Source: an uncultured Gammaproteobacteria bacterium
Lineage (GTDB): Bacteria > Patescibacteriota > Patescibacteriia > Magasanikbacterales > UBA922
Reading direction: 5' to 3'
DNA length: 64,000 bases
Assembly (NCBI GenBank): GCA_964447765.1
Contig: CAYUTO010000002.1
Span: 148,316 to 212,315 of the forward strand
Positions 57,982 to 64,000 of this stretch are shown piece by piece (position 1 is the stretch's first letter; every line of letters begins with the position of its first letter). The position numbers and the translations under genes are program-made. The notes below the pieces were generated by a model that saw nothing but the letters and a program-made list of their open reading frames with translations, had not been told where the DNA came from and did not search any database.

Positions 57982-59381
57982 ACATTTTGTATATCGGTGC
58001 GGGATTTGTAGGTGCGTGCTCGGCAGCAGTATCAGCTGATTCAGGACATACAACGCTCGTCTATGATATTGATTCTGCAAGAATAGAAAAACTCTCAAGT
58101 AATGATCGGGATACGATTCAGTCATGTCTTCATGAGGAGGGTCTACCTGAGCTTTTGATTAGAAATAAAAATCGCATCACGTTTACTGATGCACATTCAG
58201 TGGTAGAAAAATATATAGATGAGGTCGATGTAGTATTTATGTGTCTTCCGACACCTGAAAAGCAAGGTGCAGCAGGAGAGACTGATCTTTCGTTTTATGA
58301 ACAATCAGTCAGGGAATTAGGTCCATTATTATCAAAAAGAAATGGAGGAACGCAGAAAAAACGATTGGTGATCGTGAATAAGAGCACGGTTCCTATAAAA
58401 ATGATTGACTATACTGAAAAATTATTTACCGAACAAGGTGTGCAAAATTTTGGCATTGTTTCGAATCCAGAATTCCTTGTTGAAGGGAAGGCAATCAAAG
58501 ATTCGATACACCCTGATCGCGTGGTGGTAGGTGCTCATACTTCGGAAGATTTTCAGATCATGCGCGAACTCTACCAGCGTTTTTATGACTCGAGTACTGT
58601 TGCGTATATTGAGGTAAATCCATACGAAGCAGCGTGTGGTAAATTAATTGCGAATTTTTTGCTGTTTAATAAAGTAGTTACTGCATATGACGTAGTAGGT
58701 AGAACATGTGAATATTTTGATAATGTAAATTATGAATCAGTAAGGAAAATTTTGATTGCCGATCCTCGTATTGGATCATGGGGGCTCTATAATAGTTTGT
58801 ATGCAGGCGGGAGCTGTTTTATCAAAGATGCCGCATCTCTCGCAAACCAGCTTGAGCAAGCAGGGTCTCATGCACATCTTATTCGAGAGTCTCTCGAAGC
58901 GAACACGTTTCAATGTAATCATTTTTTTAGTCGAGCAGAGACTGATGCATCTATGGAATGGTCCCATAAACGAGTAGGTGTACTCGGTCTTGCATTCAAA
59001 CAATCAACAAATGACATTAGAAATTCAGGTGCGATTAATATTATCCATGAATTGCTTGGTGCTGGGGTCGGGGAAATAAAAGTATATGATCCTGCAGCCC
59101 TTGCGGAAGCCAAGAAGTATTTTAATCCTGAAAAGAATGAGTTGTACCAGAAGATCGTGTATGTTAATAATGAAAGCGATGTATTAGAGGGTATTGATGT
59201 GTGTATTATTGCTACTGATTGGCCTCAGTTTAGGGGAGTTGGGGATCAATTGCTCGCTCTGAAAAATCGTCCACTCATTATGGATGGTCGACGAATCCTC
59301 CAGCATCAATATAAAGATCTGGTGGCCGCAGGTTTTTCCGTAATTGCGGTAGGGTCTCCATTTCTCTCTCAGTCTAACTAA
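57978..59381 (+). CDS. ugd: UDP-glucose/GDP-mannose dehydrogenase family
   Basis: GAGFVG, NKSTVP, SNPEFL, GGSCF, GLAFK...DIR. Confidence 0.85.
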   Translation: MNILYIGAGFVGACSAAVSADSGHTTLVYDIDSARIEKLSSNDRDTIQSCLHEEGLPELLIRNKNRITFTDAHSVVEKYIDEVDVVFMCLPTPEKQGAAGETDLSFYEQSVRELGPLLSKRNGGTQKKRLVIVNKSTVPIKMIDYTEKLFTEQGVQNFGIVSNPEFLVEGKAIKDSIHPDRVVVGAHTSEDFQIMRELYQRFYDSSTVAYIEVNPYEAACGKLIANFLLFNKVVTAYDVVGRTCEYFDNVNYESVRKILIADPRIGSWGLYNSLYAGGSCFIKDAASLANQLEQAGSHAHLIRESLEANTFQCNHFFSRAETDASMEWSHKRVGVLGLAFKQSTNDIRNSGAINIIHELLGAGVGEIKVYDPAALAEAKKYFNPEKNELYQKIVYVNNESDVLEGIDVCIIATDWPQFRGVGDQLLALKNRPLIMDGRRILQHQYKDLVAAGFSVIAVGSPFLSQSN

Positions 59382-59401
59382 ATAACATTAATCCTAAAAA
59401 T

Positions 59402-60322
59402 ATGGCGAATTATCTGGTGACTGGTGGTGCAGGATTTATCGGAACCAATTTGGTGATTGAACTAAAAAAAGCTGGACACTCAGTCAAAGTAATTGATAAT
59501 TTTTCAGGTGGACGAAAAGAAAATCGAATCCAAAAGGATGTTGCCTATATAGAGGGTGATATACGTGATTTGGATCTATTAGTACGCGAAATGAAGGGTA
59601 TGGATGGTGTATTCCATCTTGCCGCTCTCCCTCGGGTAATTTATTCGGTTGAGCATCCTCAAGAAACACATGATGTAAATGTAAATGGGACACTTAATGT
59701 GCTTCTTGCAGCCAGAGATGCGGGGGTTAAACGTGTAGTATTCTCGTCATCTTCTTCTGCATATGGGGATCAACCACGGGAGGTATTTCCTCTAAAAGAA
59801 GATGAAATAATCAAAAAACCAATTGCGCCCTACGCACTGCATAAGTTCATTGGAGAAGAATATTGCAGACTTTTTGCAGAACTCTACAAGGTAGAAACTG
59901 TTTCGTTGGTATACTACAATGTATATGGTTCATTTTCTGATCCAGAAGGTGCCTATGCATTAGTAATTGGTAAATTTTTAAAGCTTCGAAAAGAAGGAAA
60001 ACCGCTTACTATACGTGGTGATGGTGAGTATTATCGAGATTATACACATGTGAGAGATGTTGTTAGTGCAAATATACTAGCAATGACCAAAGATACTGTA
60101 GGAAAGGGAGAAGTGATTAATGTTGGAAACAACAATCCGTATTCGGTGAATCAGCTTGCAGAGCTTATTGGTGGGGAAACAACCTTGGTAGAATCATTCC
60201 CTGGCGAAATGCGCTACACCAATGCAGACATTACTAAAGCAAAGAAGATGCTTGGCTGGGCCCCAACTATTACTCTTGAAGAAGGAATTACTGAACTCAA
60301 AAAAGAGTGGGGAATCGAATAA
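59402..60322 (+). CDS. NAD-dependent nucleotide-sugar epimerase
   Basis: GGAGFIG, SSSSAYG, PYALHK. Confidence 0.88.
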   Translation: MANYLVTGGAGFIGTNLVIELKKAGHSVKVIDNFSGGRKENRIQKDVAYIEGDIRDLDLLVREMKGMDGVFHLAALPRVIYSVEHPQETHDVNVNGTLNVLLAARDAGVKRVVFSSSSSAYGDQPREVFPLKEDEIIKKPIAPYALHKFIGEEYCRLFAELYKVETVSLVYYNVYGSFSDPEGAYALVIGKFLKLRKEGKPLTIRGDGEYYRDYTHVRDVVSANILAMTKDTVGKGEVINVGNNNPYSVNQLAELIGGETTLVESFPGEMRYTNADITKAKKMLGWAPTITLEEGITELKKEWGIE

Positions 60323-60433
60323 AGTTAAAATTCAAAACGAAAAAGGTAAAAGAAAATACACGAGAGATGATCGTGTATTTTTTTAGTTATATATTTTGAA
60401 TTCTTCTTTTTACTTTTTTGTTTTAACTTTTAA
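60320..60433. repeat. gene-less pair of 7-nt-period inverted arms around a terminator hairpin
   Basis: TAAAGTT AAAATTC AAAACGA AAAAGGT AAAAGAA; internal AAAATACACGA...TCGTGTATTTT; T-rich arm 60394-60433. Confidence 0.6.
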
Positions 60434-60438
60434 GATTT

Positions 60439-61863
60439 CTATTGCCCCATTCCTCGGAGCACTACATTGATAGTACGAAGTATGATTGAGAGGTCGAGAA
60501 GGGCTGATTTATTTTTGATGTAGTATAGATCGTATTGTAATTTTTTGAGAGAAGATTCCAGGTCTTCGGTATAGTGTTGTTGGATTGCAGCCCAGCCTGT
60601 GATACCAGGCTTGATAATATGACGAAGCGGATAGTACGGCATGAGTTCTGTAAGTTTTTCTACAATCTCAGGTCGCTCAGGTCGAGGTCCTACTAGGGTC
60701 ACATCTCCTTTGATGAGATTAAATGCTTGAGGAAGTTCATCGAGTCTAGTTTTCCTCAAAAATTTGCCTACTGACGTAATTCGATTATCATTTTTTTTGG
60801 CGAATTCATATCCGTGAGTTTCAGCACTTCCATCTTCTGCGAGTACATACATCGTGCGTAATTTATACATCCAGAATATTTTCCCCCCTTCACCAACCAT
60901 CCGATTAGTTTCTTTTTCACCTCGCTGTTGTTTGAAAAAAATGGGTCCAGGCGAAGATAATTTGATCGCAATCGCAAGAAAGGGAAAAAGCACTATGAAA
61001 GTAAGTCCAAATAGAAAACCAAACATAATGTCGGTACCACGTTTTGCCTTGGCATAGACTGGGTGTTCAGCGGTTTGTAAGTTACTGAGGAACCAGCTTT
61101 CAGAAAAAGTACTCGGTGGGATTCGACCAGTCACTGTTTCGTAAAACGAAGTCATGTCAAGAATTTGTACTTGCCAGAAAAGTAGTTCATACAATTCCCT
61201 TCGTACCTCTTCTCTGTCGCTCATGCCTGGAGCTACGACAACAGTATGAATGTGCTGGGTATCGATAGCAGGACGTAGGGTGTTTAGTGTGTAGTACACC
61301 TCTACTTCATCCTGTGGAGGTTTTTGAAAATGAGTATCAGGGTCGATGACAGTTGAAACGTGATATCCAAGATTTGGTTGGTTCGCAATAATCGAAATAA
61401 GCTCTTTTACTTCGTCGGTTACTCCAAGGAATAAAATGCGTGTTTTAAGTTTGTGAGTCCCAATGTAGGTAAGGTAGAGAGTTCGGAAAAGAGTGGCTAT
61501 GCCAAAACCAATAACGGTAGTAAGAAGAAGTATGGTTTTTGGGCTAATATCATCAGACGGTATAAGGTAGAAAAAAATCATTCCAACTATAAATGCGACT
61601 ACAGCAGATTCGATGGTTCTGCGTGTATTGCTATTCAGTGTCATGAGTCGAAGATCATATAAACCAGTGATATAGTTTGCGATGATCCAAAGACAAAAAA
61701 CCACTGTAAAGGGGCTGAGGTGGCGGACAATTTGCTCGATGGTGGGTATCGTTAGTGTACGAAGTCCTAAAGCAAGAATAAACCCTGCATAATAGGAGGT
61801 AAAATCGCCGAGAAGAAGCAAAATTTGTCTCATTCGGTAACTAAAAGTGATGTTTGCGAACAC
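60439..61863 (-). CDS. priming polyprenyl glycosylphosphotransferase (bacterial sugar transferase)
   Basis: KLRTM, RKTRLDELPQ, VGPRPE, KPGITGWA, KLQYDLYY; start may be 61833. Confidence 0.92.
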   Translation of the reverse strand: MFANITFSYRMRQILLLLGDFTSYYAGFILALGLRTLTIPTIEQIVRHLSPFTVVFCLWIIANYITGLYDLRLMTLNSNTRRTIESAVVAFIVGMIFFYLIPSDDISPKTILLLTTVIGFGIATLFRTLYLTYIGTHKLKTRILFLGVTDEVKELISIIANQPNLGYHVSTVIDPDTHFQKPPQDEVEVYYTLNTLRPAIDTQHIHTVVVAPGMSDREEVRRELYELLFWQVQILDMTSFYETVTGRIPPSTFSESWFLSNLQTAEHPVYAKAKRGTDIMFGFLFGLTFIVLFPFLAIAIKLSSPGPIFFKQQRGEKETNRMVGEGGKIFWMYKLRTMYVLAEDGSAETHGYEFAKKNDNRITSVGKFLRKTRLDELPQAFNLIKGDVTLVGPRPERPEIVEKLTELMPYYPLRHIIKPGITGWAAIQQHYTEDLESSLKKLQYDLYYIKNKSALLDLSIILRTINVVLRGMGQ

Positions 61864-61933
61864 AGGTTTGGTGTGTTATACTTATAAAGATAATTTAGCA
61901 GAGTTTTGAAAAAAAAACAAGTGGTTTTAGAGT

Positions 61934-63931
61934 ATGCTTAACTTCAAAAATACAGTCCTCTATTTAGCTATTATATTGGTTTTTACACCTGTTGCAACCG
62001 ACCAGGTGTATGCTGAGTTTCCTAATGACCCGAATGCGCGTCAGTGGTCCTATGCAACCGCAGACGTGTATCGTGCATGGGAACAGACCTCAGGCTCACG
62101 GCAGATAGTTGTGGCAATTATTGATAATGGTTTTGATGAAACACATCCCGACCTGGTTGAAGCGAGATGGATCAATGAAGATGAAATATCAGGTAATGGT
62201 CGTGATGATGACTCAAATGGGTATATCGATGATATTCATGGGTGGAATTTTGTGAACAACTATCAAAAAATAGAGCAGGGGTCAGATGAAGATTATAATG
62301 AAAATGAACATTCTGTAGTAAACCATGCGACGGTTGTTGCGGGAATTATTGGTGCAGTTGGGAACAATGGTAAGTATGGAGTAGGAATAGCATATGGGAT
62401 ACGACTGATGAATTTGCAAGTAGTTGATGATTATGGATTAGGTGCTCCTGAAGCATTAGTCGAGGCAATTTATTATGCAGTGAATAATGGTGCAAGTGTA
62501 ATCAATATCAGCATGGTGGGTAAAGGTTCAGTGCCAGAAGTGCGGTCCGCAATTAATTATGCATACCAGAAAGGTGTGATTATCGTAGGTGCTGCAGGAA
62601 ATGACAGGGAAAATCTCAATGAAACTCCCTGGTTTCCGATATGCAACGATATGCATGATCCGTATACTCAGGTCATCGGAGTGAGTGCTATTGATTCGTC
62701 GCGTAGATTGGCAGGTTTTTCAAACACTGGTGCGTCCTGCATCGATATGGCAGCTCCTGGGGTGGATATTGCCGGCCCTATTCGATCTTCAAATACTGAA
62801 TCTTATGTAAATGGTTGGAATGGAACCTCATTTGCTACTCCATTTGTTAGTGCTGCAGTAGCGCTAGTAAGGAGTGTTCAGCCTACGTGGCACATTGATC
62901 AGGTTGTTCGAACTCTCAAATCCACCGTGCGCCACACTCCAAGCCCTGATGAATCAGTGTATGCAGAGGCGTATGGGAAAGGCTTGGTTCAAATTGGTAC
63001 TGCAGTCGAAAGTGCAAAAATTGGAGTGGTACTTGCTCCAAAATTGTTTATTGAAGGAGAAATTGATTCATCCTTTACGGCTCCTCGAAGATTGTTGGTG
63101 AGTTCTGAGGGGCAGAGTCTGTTTGCGGACGTACTACAGGGCAATAAAATTGACGTTGCGGCAGCTCCACTAAAAGATGTAGTGGCTATGACCACCTTTC
63201 GCGAAGTGAATGGTACGCCCTTATATGCAGTAGTAAAGAAAAATGGAAAAACATCAAGTGTTCATATTTACACAACAACATGGATTGAAAAATATAGATG
63301 GTCACTTGGTAGTACACCTTCGCAAATACTGGTAGCGGATATTGAGGGTGATTCTGATAAAGAAGTGGTGATTGCTACCGAAAATGGGGGTATGAGTGTC
63401 TTTAGTCTCAACGGTACAAAACGTGGTGTAATACAAAACATCGAAGGACAAACTAAAGGATTTGGAGTAGTGCATCATAATTCTGAAACAGGAAACGATG
63501 AAATTATATATGCATCGGTAACTGCAAACTCGAATACCGTGTTTAGAAGAGTTACTTCGATGGTTGATGCTCCAGAAAAATTGTTTGAAACTGCGCTCAA
63601 GTCACTAGGAAGTATTGCCTACCTCAACGGTGTTGAAGATAGTATTGTAGTTGGGTCAGAAATTGGGACTGGATCACTGGTGACCATTTTTTCACTTAGT
63701 GGTGAGGAAAAAAATTCATTTCGCCCATATGATTTAGGTTTTCGAGGTGGGGTACAGGTCTCGGGAGTATTGTATGGTGAAGAAGGTCTCGAGCATATTG
63801 TGACAACTCCAAAACGTGGCGTAGAGTCATTGCGTATTTTTGATAGCACAGGAAATATTCTTCTTGATAAATCGGTCGATACGGTGTTGTCTCCTGAAAA
63901 AAACGTGTTCACCGCTATCGCTTCATTTTAA
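61934..63931 (+). CDS. secreted S8 (subtilisin-like) serine peptidase with degenerate FG-GAP-type C-terminal repeats
   Basis: VAIIDNG, NHATVVAG, AAGN, GTSFATP; GFRGGV repeat. Confidence 0.9.
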   Translation: MLNFKNTVLYLAIILVFTPVATDQVYAEFPNDPNARQWSYATADVYRAWEQTSGSRQIVVAIIDNGFDETHPDLVEARWINEDEISGNGRDDDSNGYIDDIHGWNFVNNYQKIEQGSDEDYNENEHSVVNHATVVAGIIGAVGNNGKYGVGIAYGIRLMNLQVVDDYGLGAPEALVEAIYYAVNNGASVINISMVGKGSVPEVRSAINYAYQKGVIIVGAAGNDRENLNETPWFPICNDMHDPYTQVIGVSAIDSSRRLAGFSNTGASCIDMAAPGVDIAGPIRSSNTESYVNGWNGTSFATPFVSAAVALVRSVQPTWHIDQVVRTLKSTVRHTPSPDESVYAEAYGKGLVQIGTAVESAKIGVVLAPKLFIEGEIDSSFTAPRRLLVSSEGQSLFADVLQGNKIDVAAAPLKDVVAMTTFREVNGTPLYAVVKKNGKTSSVHIYTTTWIEKYRWSLGSTPSQILVADIEGDSDKEVVIATENGGMSVFSLNGTKRGVIQNIEGQTKGFGVVHHNSETGNDEIIYASVTANSNTVFRRVTSMVDAPEKLFETALKSLGSIAYLNGVEDSIVVGSEIGTGSLVTIFSLSGEEKNSFRPYDLGFRGGVQVSGVLYGEEGLEHIVTTPKRGVESLRIFDSTGNILLDKSVDTVLSPEKNVFTAIASF

Positions 63932-63940
63932 TAATTTTGT

Positions 63941-64000
63941 ATGATAAAAGAAACTCCCATCTTTGAAAAAAAGAATGTGCTAATAACAGGTGGCGCAGGC
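63941..64000 (+). CDS. 5' end of an NAD-dependent epimerase/dehydratase (cut by window edge)
   Basis: MIKETPIFEKKNVLITGGAG. Confidence 0.7.
   Translation, partial: MIKETPIFEKKNVLITGGAG

Noticed and set aside
1-64000. tRNA or rRNA genes
   Set aside because: No cloverleaf with a T-loop or rRNA-like conserved tract was recognised in any intergenic region. The boxA-like motifs are followed by protein-coding genes.

Overview
The window looks like a Patescibacteria/CPR (Parcubacteria/ABY1-like) chromosome segment. This is inferred from gene content and AT-rich, Shine-Dalgarno-less genes, not from a marker gene. Most of it (about 8.5-17.8 kb and 25.9-64 kb) is a large surface-glycan locus: GT2/GT4/GT-C glycosyltransferases, a flippase, O-antigen-ligase-like proteins, a priming transferase, methyltransferases and AsnB. 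It also holds a CDP-3,6-dideoxyhexose pathway with a ThDP enzyme and a DmpF/DmpG pair that probably makes a C4-branched sugar. An HTH gene, an ECF sigma/anti-sigma pair and a 1205-aa S-layer-like gene lie at 19.2-25.8 kb. The most unusual content is a second gene class. Five GC-rich genes encode myxobacterial-style Cys-rich lipoproteins (445-8205 and 17937-19091) and one GC-rich gene encodes a NUDIX protein (35552-36109). These look like separate cassettes. Their spacers carry native-style sigma70 promoters (clear for four of six), and their starts have Shine-Dalgarno-like sequences, unlike the native TATG starts. Three share a hairpin-hairpin-boxA-like leader, and all have structured 3' trailers, including a ~205-bp duplicated element with a predicted pseudoknot. 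Four of the lipoproteins share an unrecognised ~110-aa four-Cys C-terminal domain. All product calls come from motif reading by eye; no database search or folding program was run.
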